A stretch of 64,000 bases of DNA from an uncultured Chloroflexia bacterium (GTDB lineage Bacteria > Chloroflexota > Limnocylindria > Limnocylindrales > CSP1-4): the NCBI GenBank assembly GCA_963734535.1, contig CAVTHS010000011.1:128001-192000 (forward strand), written 5' to 3'. The notes under the pieces are model-generated. The model worked only from the letters and a program-made list of their open reading frames with translations. It was not told where the DNA came from and did not search any database. Of the stretch, positions 40,527 through 51,128 are shown piece by piece; the stretch's first letter is position 1; every line of letters starts with the position of its first letter. Made by a program: the position numbers and the translations under genes.

Positions 40527-41408
40527 ATGTCGCATCTCGGCGGCCCACTCGATACCAGCGGCATGCTCGCCGTCGGTCCACCGGGTGGGCCGCTCCGCGC
40601 CCGGGGCCGCCCGCGAACGGCGCTCCGCTCCACGCTGGTCGCGCTCGTCAGCACCGTCGTGGTCTTCGGGATCCTGGTCTGGATCACCGTCAACGCGCCC
40701 GGCTGGGCCGAGGTCCAGGTCTCGTTCTTCAACGCGACCGTGTTCACGAACGCCTTCCCGGACATCGTGGCGGCCTTCTGGCTCAACATCCAGCTGTTCG
40801 CGATCGCCGAGGTGCTGATCCTCGTCCTCGCGCTGGTGCTGGCCGTCTTTCGCAGCCTTCCGGGACCGGTCTTCTTCCCGCTCCGGTTCCTGGCCACGAT
40901 CTACGCCGACATCTTCCGGGCGGTGCCGGGCGTCCTGGTCATCTACATCCTCGGTTTCGGGATCCCCGGCCTCGGGCTGCCGGGCATCCCCACCGACCCC
41001 TTCCCGTACGCCGTGATCGCTCTGACGCTGATCTACTCGGCCTACGTGTCGGAGGTCTACCGGGCGGGGATCGAGTCGGTCCACCCCAGCCAGGAGGCCG
41101 CCGCGCGGTCGCTCGGGCTCACGCGGCTCCAGGCGCTCCGCTACGTGATCCTCCCGCAGGCGGTCCGGCGCGTGATCCCGCCGCTCCTCAACGACTTCAT
41201 CGGCCTCCAGAAGGACACCGTGCTCGTCTCGTACATCGGGGTCGTGGAGATCTTCCGCCAGTCCCAGATCACGCAGCAGGCGAGGTTCAACTACACGCCG
41301 TACATGGCGACGGCGCTCGTCTTCATCGCGGTCACGATCCCGCTGGCGCGCCTGACCGACATCCTCGTGTCGCGCGACCGGCGGCGGGCCGCGGCGAGCG
41401 CCCGTTGA
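40527..41408 (+). CDS. Amino-acid ABC transporter permease
   Basis: AYVSEVYRAGIESV...QEAAARSLG; ILPQAVRRVIPPLLN. Confidence 0.93.
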   Translation: MSHLGGPLDTSGMLAVGPPGGPLRARGRPRTALRSTLVALVSTVVVFGILVWITVNAPGWAEVQVSFFNATVFTNAFPDIVAAFWLNIQLFAIAEVLILVLALVLAVFRSLPGPVFFPLRFLATIYADIFRAVPGVLVIYILGFGIPGLGLPGIPTDPFPYAVIALTLIYSAYVSEVYRAGIESVHPSQEAAARSLGLTRLQALRYVILPQAVRRVIPPLLNDFIGLQKDTVLVSYIGVVEIFRQSQITQQARFNYTPYMATALVFIAVTIPLARLTDILVSRDRRRAAASAR

Positions 41409-42193
41409 CCGGCGGGGCAGGGAGTCCGGGCACGGGGCCGGCAGCCGGGACGCCGGCACTGGTCGTGGAAGGCGTCCACAAGTCGTTCGGGCACCTGGAG
41501 GTCCTCGCGGGGATCGACATGACGGTTGCCCAGCACGAGGTTGTCTGCCTGATCGGCGCCTCGGGGAGCGGGAAGTCCACCCTCCTGCGCTGTGTCAACC
41601 TGCTCGAGCCGATCGACGCGGGGCGGATCGTGGTGGCCGGCGAGGACATCTGCGCGCCCGGCGTGGATGTCAACCGGGTCCGGCGCCGGATCGGGATCGT
41701 CTTCCAGGCCTTCAACCTGTTCCCCCACATGAGCGTCCTCGACAACGTCACCCTCGCGCCGCGCAAGGTCCTGCACCTCGCGCCGGCCGAGGCCGCGGCC
41801 CGGGCGCTCGCGCTCCTGGAGCGCTTCGGGCTCGCCGACAAGCAGCGCGAGTTCCCCGACCGGCTCTCGGGCGGCCAGCAGCAGCGCGTCGCGATCGTGC
41901 GGGCGCTCGCCATGGAGCCCGGGCTCCTGCTCCTCGACGAGGTGACCAGCGCCCTCGACCCCGAGCTCGTGGCGGAGGTCCTGGCCGTGATCCGGGAGCT
42001 GGCGCGGGGCGGGATGACGATGCTCATCGCGACGCACGAGATGGGATTCGCGCGCGACATCGCCAACCGGGTCTGCTTCCTCGACGCGGGCCGGATCCTC
42101 GAGGACGGGCCGCCCGAGCAGATGTTCCGGGCGCCGCGCGCCGAGCGGACGCAGCGCTTCCTCCAGCGGGTCATGGAGGCGGGTCGGCTGTAG
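41405..42193 (+). CDS. Amino-acid ABC transporter ATP-binding protein (GlnQ-type)
   Basis: GASGSGKST, LSGGQQQR, LLLDEVTSALDPE; TTG start overlapping the permease stop is inferred. Confidence 0.92.
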   Translation: MTGGAGSPGTGPAAGTPALVVEGVHKSFGHLEVLAGIDMTVAQHEVVCLIGASGSGKSTLLRCVNLLEPIDAGRIVVAGEDICAPGVDVNRVRRRIGIVFQAFNLFPHMSVLDNVTLAPRKVLHLAPAEAAARALALLERFGLADKQREFPDRLSGGQQQRVAIVRALAMEPGLLLLDEVTSALDPELVAEVLAVIRELARGGMTMLIATHEMGFARDIANRVCFLDAGRILEDGPPEQMFRAPRAERTQRFLQRVMEAGRL

Positions 42194-42260
42194 GGCAGCC
42201 CCGGCCGGCGCGACCCACCTCGCGATCCCGGCCGGCCCCGGGGCTCGCCGGACCGGGCGA

Positions 42261-43385
42261 TCAGGGAGCTGCGACGCCCAGGAGCTCGGAAAGCGAGACG
42301 ACCCGCAGGCCGTTGGCGGCCAGCCCGTCCAGGATCGATGGCAGCGCTTCGAGCGTGTGCGTGCCCCCCAGCGCCAGGCGGACGATGGACCCACCGGCCG
42401 CGCGTGAGACCACCCTGGCCGTGATGTCGGCGGCGATCGGGCCACCGGCGGCGGGCGTGGTCCCATCGCCCGGGTCGACGTCCGCGCCGATCACCCACCT
42501 CCAGCCGGTCGAGCCGATGACGCCGAGGCCAGCCGCGTCCAGGGCGCCCGGGACCCGAAGCCAGGGCGCGGTCGAGTGGCCGAGGAGCGGGACCAGGCGC
42601 GCATCGGCGGCCCGAACGGCCGTGTCCCAGGAGGCGCCCGGACCGGGGGGCGACGGCAGGAGGCCGGGCGTGATGCCGGCCGGCGCCGCCGCGAGGCGCC
42701 CAAGGACTGCCTGCCCCGTCGCGTCGGCCGGATCCGCCGCTGCCGGAGCCACGAAGACGGTGGCGGCCACGCCCCTCGCGACGAGCCACTGGAGCAGGGC
42801 ATCCGGGCCGGTCGCAGTCGTCGCGCCCGCGCCCGGTCCACCGAAATACTCGAATGTCAGCGCCACGGTATCGCTGCCGCGGGGCGCGTGGGCCACGAGG
42901 ATCGCGCTCCCATCGGCCGGGAGCACCGGGAACGGCTCCAGGCTGCCCACGGGCACGGACGGGATTGCGGCAGGTGGCGGGTTCTCCGGGTCGACAACCT
43001 GGCCCGGCACGTAGTCGAGCCGCCAGCCGGTCTCGATCCGGTTCGGCGCGTAGGCGCGGGACTCGGGGTCGAGCGTCGGGTAGCGGGCCCGGTTCCAGTA
43101 CGCGAGGCTTTCGACGGTCGTGCCGAAGCGGTCGGCGAGCGCGGCAAGCGTGTCGCCGGCCCGCACGACGTATGCGGTGAGCGTCGGCGCCGGGGCCGGC
43201 GTGGGCCGGTACGGCCGGTTCGCACCTGGTGCCGGCGATCCGGACGGCGCCGCCGAGGCGGCGGCCGACCCGGGCGGGGCGATCGGGGTCGAGGCGACAG
43301 GTGCCGCGCAGCCCGTCAGCACGATCGCGACGGCGACGAGCACCGCTGTCGACCGTGCGGCGGCGCGCGGTCGGCGACCCGGCAT
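42261..43385 (-). CDS. Lipoprotein with LysM and polysaccharide-deacetylase-like domains
   Basis: Lipobox LTGC; YVVRAGDTLAALADRFG; VALTFE...ATVFV...GSIVRL...LRVVSLSELL (catalytic motifs degenerate). Confidence 0.8.
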   Translation of the reverse strand: MPGRRPRAAARSTAVLVAVAIVLTGCAAPVASTPIAPPGSAAASAAPSGSPAPGANRPYRPTPAPAPTLTAYVVRAGDTLAALADRFGTTVESLAYWNRARYPTLDPESRAYAPNRIETGWRLDYVPGQVVDPENPPPAAIPSVPVGSLEPFPVLPADGSAILVAHAPRGSDTVALTFEYFGGPGAGATTATGPDALLQWLVARGVAATVFVAPAAADPADATGQAVLGRLAAAPAGITPGLLPSPPGPGASWDTAVRAADARLVPLLGHSTAPWLRVPGALDAAGLGVIGSTGWRWVIGADVDPGDGTTPAAGGPIAADITARVVSRAAGGSIVRLALGGTHTLEALPSILDGLAANGLRVVSLSELLGVAAP

Positions 43386-43416
43386 CACCCGATGGTACGC
43401 CCGCCCCGGGGGTCCC

Positions 43417-46380
43417 TCAGCCCGGGCCCGGTGCACCGGATCCATCGGCGTCGGCTCCGACAACGTGAAGTCCGCCGCCAGCGCCAGGCCCTCTGCGGCC
43501 GTGGCGATCAGGTCGCGCCCACGTCGCTTGGCCACGAAGCACGCCCGGTCGGCCGCCAGCAGGATCTCGGCATGCGTCGTCCCGTCGGACGGATAGGTCG
43601 CGACGCCGATCGAGGCGCTCACCAGCGGGGCCGCCATCGAGCCCCGCAAGCCGGCGGGGAAGCTCCCGGAGCACCTGGCGGATCCGGCGCGCGACGGCCA
43701 TTGCGGCCGTCGGCTCGGGGGCCGCCACGATCACGGCGAACTCGTCACCGCCATACCGGAAGACGCGGTCCGAGTCGCGGCCGGCGTCCGAGATCGCCCG
43801 GGCGATCTGCCGCAGGAGCTCGGTGCCGGCCTCGTGGCCCATCGTCTCGTTGATCTCCTTGAAGTGGTCCAGGTCGAGCATGAGGAGCCCGAATCGCTCG
43901 TCCGGCATCGCCGGCTCGCTGGAGCCAGGTCCGGAACGTGCCGGCGTTGAGCAGCCCGGTCACCTGGTCGGTCTGGGCTTCGATCTCCTTGACGCGGAAG
44001 GCAGCCGCGTTGCGGAGGGCGATGGAGACCTGGCCGGCGAAGAGCTGGACGAGCTCGAAGTCATCCTCGTCGAACCGCTCCTCCGACCCGAGTCGCTCCA
44101 TCGAGACGACTCCCAACGCGCCGTCCGGGCCGCGCAGCGGGACGCAGATGAGGCTGCCCTCGAGCGGCCCGGTCGTGGGAAACTGGCGCACCCTGGGGTC
44201 GAGAAGCTCGTCGCGGACGAGCTGGGGCTCGCCGTGGGCAACGACCCAGGTCGCAAGCCCTTCCTCGCCCGGCTCCCACGGCTCGAGGTAGGCGGCCGCG
44301 TGCACGCCCCGCGCCAGGACCGGCCGGAGCACCCCGGACTCCGGGGTCGAGCAGCTCGATCGAGATCGTGTCGAGCCGGACGACCGCGCTGAGGCGGTCG
44401 ACGACCTGCTCGAGGATCTGCCGCGTCTCGAGCGTTCCGAGGATCGATTCGGTGGTCGCCAGGAGCGCTCGCTGGCTGGCCAGCCGTCGCTCCAGTCGCG
44501 TGGACTGCGCCCGCAGGTGCTCGCTCGTCTCGGCGTTCGCGATCGCCTGCGCGGCGAGGCTGGCGTAGATGACGAGGAGGCGCAGGTCGTCGTCGGAGAA
44601 CTGGTGGAGGCCCAGCTTGGAGAGGACGATCACGCCGAGGACCTCGTCCTCGTAGACCATCGGCGCCAGCAGCATCGACTCCTCGAGGTCGTCTTGCGTG
44701 CCCGCGATCGTCTGGGCCCGATCGTCGTTGGCGGCGTCCCCCAGGTTCTGCGGCAGGTTGTTGCGAGCGACCCAGCCCGTGATCCCCTCGCCGATCCGGA
44801 TGCGGAGCAGGTCCGGCGTCTCGTCCTTGAACTCGCCGACGAGCCCGCGCATCGCCACGGGAACGAGCCAGCCGTCCGTCGCGCAGCCGGTAGACACGGA
44901 CGTTGTGGAAGGCGATGAGCGCCTCGAGCTCGTTCGAGATGGCGTCGCCGATCTCCTTCTCGGTGGTGAGGCGCGAGAGCTGCGCGCCGAGCTGCTGGAT
45001 CGACTGCAGCTGCGCCGTCCAGGTGGCCATGCGCGCGAACTGCTGGGCGTTCTTCACCGCGGTGGTTGCGTGCGCCGCGAAGCCGGCGAGCGCCTCGAGC
45101 TCCTCCGGATCCCAGCGGTGCGGTCGGTCGTGGCAGATGGTGACGAGTCCCAGTGCGCCGTCGGTGCCCAGGAGCGGCGCGGCGCAGAGCGTCTCGAAAC
45201 CCTCCTGGACCACCGCTGCGCGGACCGGCTGCGCCCGCGGGTCGTCCCGGTACCGTTCCGAGAAGAGCGGCCGCTGCTCGGCAAGCAGCCTCCGTGCGGG
45301 GAGCGCCGGAAGCGGAAGGTCACGCGTGGCGGCGAGGTAGCCGGCCGAGAGGCCGCGGCTGGCCTCGGCGGTCATCCGGCCGTCGGCGCCAAGGAGCGAG
45401 GCGGCCGCGCGCTCGGCCCCGAACAGGATGCGGGCGTGGTCGACGACGCCCGCGAGGATCTCGCCGATGTCGAGCGTCCCGCCGAGGTCGATCGCGATGC
45501 GGCGAAGCGCCTCGACGCGGTGGAGCCGGAGCGCCGCGTCGCCGCGCAGCCGTTCCGCATGGATCGCGATGCCGAGCGAGCGGGCAACCGCGGACACGAA
45601 CGCCGTTCGTTCCGGGGGGACCGCCGCGCCTTCGTCGGCCACGAGCAGGACGCCCCACGCATGGTCGTCCGCGTCGCGGATCGGCGCCGCCACGCGGGAT
45701 CGCAGGAGGCTCGCTGATCCTCCGAGCCAGTCCGGGCCGGCGTGACCCGTCTCGGCGACCGGGCTCTCGCCCCGCAGGGCGCGGGCGGGCAGGCCGTGTG
45801 CGTCCGAGAGCGACCCGAGCCGGTCCACGCCCGCCCCACGCGCAGTCCGCGTCACGAGCCGCCCGTCGCGGTGCTCGAGGATCGCGACGAGCCCGTGCCC
45901 CGCGCGGTCGTGCAGGTCGTCCACCGCGGCCCGCATCGCGACATCCGCGTCCGCGTCCGCGACGACGAGGTCGGCGAGCCGGGCGAGGATCGCGACGTCG
46001 GGGCGGGTGCGCGCCGCGGTCCGGTAGCCGGCGTGCGAGGAGGCGATCCGAACGGCGGCCGCCGGGTCGGCGGATGCGCGCTCCGACGGCCGCGTCCGCT
46101 GTTCGACCGTGTCGGCGCCGATCGACGGGGCCACGGGCGCGGCGGAGCTCCGGCCGAGACCGCGGCGCCCGCGGACGGGCTCGCGCTTCGTCTCCGCCTC
46201 GGCGAGGAAGCGCTGGAGGTCACCGAGCCGGTAGCGCCGGTCGCCGCGCTCGTTGATCCGCAGGAACGAGAGCCGCCCCTGGTCGCTCCACGCCCGGATC
46301 GTGTTCGGGTGCACGCCCAGGAGGCGTGCCGCCTTGGTGACCGAGAGCGTGGCGTCCACGGGACGCTTGATCGATGTCAT
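43417..46380 (-). CDS. BldC/excisionase-like HTH + 4 GAF + GGDEF diguanylate cyclase (several frameshifts)
   Basis: LSVTKAARLLGVHPNTIRAWSDQGRL...GDRRY; four GAF repeats; TDQVTGLLN, DLDHFKEIN, RDSD (RxxD) before RYGGDEF, SASIGVA, ADRACFVAK. Confidence 0.82.
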
Positions 46381-46584
46381 GACGTGTGGTCGCGACCTTC
46401 TCGATGGAGGATTCGTGAAGTTGGACGGGAGTCTGTCCGACCTGCCAAATCTTGCCAATAGGACAAACGTCACGGGCCGGCCGTCGGATTGCCGCGTCAC
46501 CGCGACCGGGTCGCCCGATGGATCCTGCCCGGGCCCGGTGGAGCCGGCCGGGGGCGCCGGCGGATCGTGTCGGCGCCCCGCAGC

Positions 46585-46840
46585 TCAGGGTCGCGAGGTC
46601 AGCCGGACGTAGAGCAGCGTCGCGCCAACCGCGATGAGCCCGATCAGCGACGACCCCGGCGAGCGCGAACAGCGGATCGCCCACGAGCCCGGGCGCGGTC
46701 GAGCTGGTGCGCACGTCGCCGGTCGCGGGGCTCGCCGTCGGGTCCGCGGCGAGCACGGGGGCCGCCGCGACGAGGAGCGACGCGAGAAGCCATCCCGCTG
46801 CGCCGAGGCAGCGGCCAGGCGCGGCCAGGATGCGGCTCAT
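46585..46840 (-). CDS. Small membrane protein (signal peptide + C-terminal TM; one frameshift)
   Basis: MSRILAAP...APVLAADP...GDPLFALAGVV..IGLIAVGATLLYVRLTSRP*; ATGA overlap with the upstream gene. Confidence 0.6.
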
Positions 46841-47556
46841 CCGGCCGTCCCGGCCACCAGCGCCCATCCGATCCCGACCACGAGGAGGGCCAGGCCGCCC
46901 GCGAGGCTGACGGCAGCCGCGACGGGTCGGGCCCGCGCCCCGTCCGCCAGGACGCGCATCGCCTCCTCCTGCTCGAGCGTGCAGACGACGAGCGGCCGGC
47001 CCGTCCCGCGCGTCATCCGGCATCTTCCCTCGGCGTCCGCGAGCGGCACGCCCAGGACCACCGCGTGCTCGACGGACGAGAGCTGCTCGATCCGCAGGCG
47101 GATGCTCGTGTCCGGTGCAAGCCTCGAGGTGAGCGGACCCGTGACCTCGGCGGCAGTCCCGACCGACTCCCGGACCAGGGTCACGAGGCCCTCGTCGATC
47201 GCCTCGGCGTCCACGCCGATCTCGTCGGCACCCTCGCGAAGCTGGAAGGCGACCGATTTCCGCTGCTCGTCGAGCACCCGCCAGCCGCCCCGGAGGCGGG
47301 CCTCGACCCGCCTGCGACGAAAGACGAGCGGGCGGTCGTGCTCGTCCGGGAAGACCTCGTCGGCGTCCAGCCGCCCGTCGACCCGCACGTAACGCCGTGC
47401 CCCGGTCGAGGCCAGGCCCCGGGCCGCCGCGATGGTCACGGTCGGCGTCACGGCAAGGAGGCGCCCGACCCGGACCCGCGGCCCGTACGAGCGGAGGAGG
47501 AGGGAGCCGATCGCGAGCGCGACGATCCCGGCGGCGATCACGAGGAGGGGTGTCAC
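46837..47556 (-). CDS. Two-TM membrane protein resembling the GIDE domain
   Basis: TM helix, TPTVTI, YVRVDG, PLVFRRRRVE, VAFQL, AVVLG, PLVVC, TM helix; TACCAT-N8-GTG start. Confidence 0.55.
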   Translation of the reverse strand: MTPLLVIAAGIVALAIGSLLLRSYGPRVRVGRLLAVTPTVTIAAARGLASTGARRYVRVDGRLDADEVFPDEHDRPLVFRRRRVEARLRGGWRVLDEQRKSVAFQLREGADEIGVDAEAIDEGLVTLVRESVGTAAEVTGPLTSRLAPDTSIRLRIEQLSSVEHAVVLGVPLADAEGRCRMTRGTGRPLVVCTLEQEEAMRVLADGARARPVAAAVSLAGGLALLVVGIGWALVAGTAG

Positions 47557-47892
47557 GGGCGGGGATGGTAGCAGCCCGCGGACGGGTCGCTGTCGCCCCA
47601 CGGCCACCGTCGCGCCACGGCCGTCGCGCCGGACGTCGCCGCGCCGGGCGCGAAGCGACCCGGAGGAACCTCCGCATCGCGTGGGCCTCGGCCGTGAAGC
47701 CTCCGCCGTTAGCGAGCTCATGACCCCTCCGGGTCGACATCAACGCTACCCGTCCCGATCCGAGCGGACAACGGCCGCCGTCCACGAATCGTGCCCGGCG
47801 GACGCCGATTGTCCACACTCCGTCCACAGTGGGAGCGCAACCGGGGCGCGGGCTGCGCGAGCCGGGGTCCGGCGGATCGACGCCCCGGCCCG

Positions 47893-49038
47893 TCAGGGCA
47901 GCGCGCGTCCCGTTGCCGGGTCGAGCGCCGAGACCAGGCCGGCGTAGCTCGTCAGGACCAGGCGCCCGCCGACCAGCTCGGCGTCGGCGACGACGTCGGA
48001 GTGGCCGACGCGCCAGCGCACCTCGCCGTCCTCCTCGAGCGCAAAGGTCTCGATCTCGGCCTGGACGAGGACGTGCGACAGGCGGGACGAGCCGATGACG
48101 GCCTGGACCGGCGATCCGGACCGATGCGACCAGCGAAGCTCGCCCGTCCGGGCGACCAGCCCGTAGGTGATGAACCCGTACTTCACGACGAGCAGGCCCG
48201 CCGAGTCCCACGCGGCGCCGGCGGGAGCGTCGAAGATCGCGGAGGCGAGGCGCGCGGCCCATGCTCCGGCCGGGCTCTCGACACGGATCTCGGCGCGGCA
48301 GAGCCGCTCGAAGCCGACCCCCGCGCGGTCGCCGTACTCGAAGAGCTCGCCCCCGGCCTCGGTGAGGGCGAAGACGGCGTCGCCGCCCCCGGTGCCCGCC
48401 CAGCGGTAGCGGACCCGGAGGCCGCCGGGGTACCCGACGCTCGCCTGGCGCGGCTCCGCCGTCACGACTCGGTGCGTTGCCGGCCCCGGTGCCGGGGTCT
48501 CCGCCGAGGGACCCTCGGCGATCTCCGCGACGATCGCGTTGGTGAGCGCCCGGAGCCCGGCCGGCGAGATGGGGAACACGGAGCGATCGTGACCTGCCGC
48601 AGCCCAGACCTCGGCGTAGCGGCCGAGATCCGGGTCCATGACGACTCGCACCGGCCGCGGGTGGCCGAGGGGCGGGATCCCACCGATCGAGAAGCCCGTC
48701 AGCTCGCGGGCCTCCCGCGCCGTCGCCCGCCGGACGCCGGCCTCGCCGGTGACTGCCGCCAGGAGCGCAAGGCTCACCCGGTTGGTCCCCGCGACCAGGC
48801 AGATGATCGGTTCCGGGAGACCCTCGTCGCGGGGCGCCACGAACACGAGGGACTTCACGATCTGCGCCTGCCCGACGCCGAGCGCCCGGGCAGCGTCCTC
48901 GGCCGTGTGCGTCGTATCGGCGAGCTCGTGGACCTCGAGCCGCACGCCGCGCCGGGCGGCCGCATCGATCACGCGACGAACGGCGGGGTCGCTCGCGGCA
49001 TCCTGGGCGGGCGCTCGTGGATCGGCGGGATCGGGCAC
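47893..49038 (-). CDS. YbaK/ProX aminoacyl-tRNA deacylase followed in-frame by a PQQ-like beta-propeller domain (probably two genes)
   Basis: THTAEDAA, IVKSLVF, TGFSIGGIPPLGH; TGELRW, GEVRW, LDPATG; internal GTGA start/stop overlap at 48462-48465. Confidence 0.75.
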   Translation of the reverse strand: MPDPADPRAPAQDAASDPAVRRVIDAAARRGVRLEVHELADTTHTAEDAARALGVGQAQIVKSLVFVAPRDEGLPEPIICLVAGTNRVSLALLAAVTGEAGVRRATAREARELTGFSIGGIPPLGHPRPVRVVMDPDLGRYAEVWAAAGHDRSVFPISPAGLRALTNAIVAEIAEGPSAETPAPGPATHRVVTAEPRQASVGYPGGLRVRYRWAGTGGGDAVFALTEAGGELFEYGDRAGVGFERLCRAEIRVESPAGAWAARLASAIFDAPAGAAWDSAGLLVVKYGFITYGLVARTGELRWSHRSGSPVQAVIGSSRLSHVLVQAEIETFALEEDGEVRWRVGHSDVVADAELVGGRLVLTSYAGLVSALDPATGRALP

Positions 49039-49128
49039 GGCCGCGAGTCTAGCATCGGCCGCGGGCGCGTCCGTCCGTCGCATCCGTCAATCGCCGCCAT
49101 CGGTCGCCGACCCGCTACGATCGTGGCC

Positions 49129-49765
49129 GTGCGCGCCGTCCTCTTCGACTGGGATGGAACCCTCGTCGACACGCTCCCGTTCATGTACGCCGCGACCCAG
49201 CTCGTCATGGCGGAGTACGGGTCGCCCATCACCTGGGACGACTACCGGCGCCATTTCACGCCCGACTGGCGGCTTCTCTACCGCCGGTTCCTGCTGCCGG
49301 AGGACGCCATCGAATCGGTCGGCGACCGCTGGTGGGCGCTCTACCGCGGTCATGACGAGGCGGTCCTGCTCCCCGGGGCCGCCGATGCGCTCCGTCGCCT
49401 GGCCGGCGCCGGGCTCGCGCTCGGGATCGTCACCGCCGGCCGTCGCGACAGCGTGGAGCCCCAGCTCGAGCGCCACGGCCTGGCCGCGCTCCTGCCGGCT
49501 CGCGTCTACGGTGACGACCCGTTCGAGCCGAAGCCGGGTCCGGCCGGCCTCCACCACGCGCTCGAGACGCTCGGCATGGCCGGACACGCGGCGGAGGCTG
49601 TCTACGTGGGCGATGCGCTCGACGACATGCGGATGGCGGTCGCCGCCGGGGCGCGCGGCGTCGGGATCCGGACGGACCTCGCGACCGAGATCGAGCTTCG
49701 CGACGCGGGCGCCGGCGAGGTGTGGGGCTCTGTCGGCTGCCTGGGTCGACGGCCTGCTCGGCTGA
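49129..49765 (+). CDS. HAD family hydrolase (frameshift near the C-terminus)
   Basis: LFDWDGTLVDT, IVT, KP, VYVGDALDD. Confidence 0.88.
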
Positions 49766-49799
49766 TCGAACCCGCCCGAGCGCGAGGACGGATCCCGCG

Positions 49800-51128
49800 T
49801 CACCGGGCGAGCGACCGCCGCAGCTTCGTCAGGGCCACGTAGACGACGAGGCTCGCGCCGAGCGACGGGAGGGTGCCGCCGAGCCACGGCGCGGTGTTGA
49901 TCACGAGCAGGTAGCTGCCGATGCCCGCTGCCCAGGCGATGAGGGCCACCGGGTTGATCCCCATCGGCCATGCGGCCCCGGGGCTCGTCGGGTAGAGCTC
50001 CGCCGTCGGGTAGACGCGTCTGCGCAGGAGGAAGTAGTCGGCGAAGAGGACCCCGAACAGCGGCGTGAACAGCGAGCCGACGAGGAACAGGAAGTTCTGG
50101 TACTGGGTGAGGTCCACGGCCAGGGCGATCCCGAGGACGATCGCCCCGACGCCAACCACGAGCCAGCGCGTCGACCAGCCGGGTCGGACGTTTCGCACGG
50201 AGATCGCCGCCGAGTAGATGTCCGCGAATGCGTTGTCCGCCTCGTCGCCGAGGAGGAGCGCAAGGCCGGCAGCCCCGAACGCGATCGACAGGATCGAGCC
50301 GATGAGGTCGTCGCCGGGCAGGACCAGGATGAGCAGCACGCCGAGCGCGTAGAAGCCGATGTTCGCGACGGCGAAGCCGGCAACCGTGCCCCAGAACGCG
50401 GAACGCGTGTCGCGCGCGAACCGGTTGTAGTCGGCGACGAGCGGCAGCCAGCTGATCGGCATGACCACGACGAGGTCGATGGCCTGCGCGAACGTCAGGC
50501 TCCCGTCGCCGGGTCGGGCGACCGCGGCGCCGAGGTCGAAGTGGGTGACGACGTAGATCGTCATCCAGGCCGCGGTCGCGAGGACGATCCAGATGCCGGC
50601 CTTCTCCAGCCACTGGCGAACGACGACGAGCGGCCCGCCCAGGCCCATGAGGATCACCACCGCGCTCCACGCGACGGCCCAGGCCGGGTAGGAACCCGGG
50701 CCGACGATCGGCGCCGCGAGTCGGGCCGAGGCCTGGGCCATGATGATGACCTCGAACGCGCCGAACCCGACGAGCTGGATGACGTTGACGAGGCTGGGCA
50801 GGTAGCTTCCGCGGATCCCGAAGCTCGGCCGGAGACCGACCATCGAGGGGACCGCGAGGTCGGACCCGACGACGCCCGCGAGCCCGAGCAGGAGCACGCC
50901 GGCGAGTGTCCCCAGCGCGATCGCCGCCATCGCCGGCCAGAAGCCGAGCCCGGGCACCAGGAGCGTCCCGGCCAGCAGCACGAGGAGCCCGACGCCGAAG
51001 TCGGCCCACAGGACGAAGTAGTCGAGGAAGCCCAGCACGCGATGGCGCGCGGGGACCGGCTCGATCCCGAGCTGGGCGGCGGCCAGGTCGTCCCGCGGGG
51101 CGTCGGGCAGCCGGGCCGGGGCAGTCAT
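49800..51128 (-). CDS. cytX: NCS1/purine-cytosine permease, CytX-like (HMP/thiamine precursor uptake)
   Basis: About 12 TM helices; MPISWLPLVADYNRF; last gene of the TPP-riboswitch operon. Confidence 0.8.
   Translation of the reverse strand: MTAPARLPDAPRDDLAAAQLGIEPVPARHRVLGFLDYFVLWADFGVGLLVLLAGTLLVPGLGFWPAMAAIALGTLAGVLLLGLAGVVGSDLAVPSMVGLRPSFGIRGSYLPSLVNVIQLVGFGAFEVIIMAQASARLAAPIVGPGSYPAWAVAWSAVVILMGLGGPLVVVRQWLEKAGIWIVLATAAWMTIYVVTHFDLGAAVARPGDGSLTFAQAIDLVVVMPISWLPLVADYNRFARDTRSAFWGTVAGFAVANIGFYALGVLLILVLPGDDLIGSILSIAFGAAGLALLLGDEADNAFADIYSAAISVRNVRPGWSTRWLVVGVGAIVLGIALAVDLTQYQNFLFLVGSLFTPLFGVLFADYFLLRRRVYPTAELYPTSPGAAWPMGINPVALIAWAAGIGSYLLVINTAPWLGGTLPSLGASLVVYVALTKLRRSLAR

Noticed and set aside
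39491-42193. Apparent fusions: binding protein-ATPase (900 aa), GGDEF tail-LysM (42261..43649), transposase-deacetylase (54978..58019)
   Set aside because: Frameshift read-through artefacts; each part has its own start and stop signals.
46381-46580. c-di-GMP riboswitch upstream of the GGDEF gene
   Set aside because: No GEMM-type conserved elements were recognisable on the coding strand.
47893-49038. Novel YbaK-beta-propeller fusion
   Set aside because: A GTGA start/stop overlap at 48462-48465 suggests two coupled genes merged by an indel error.
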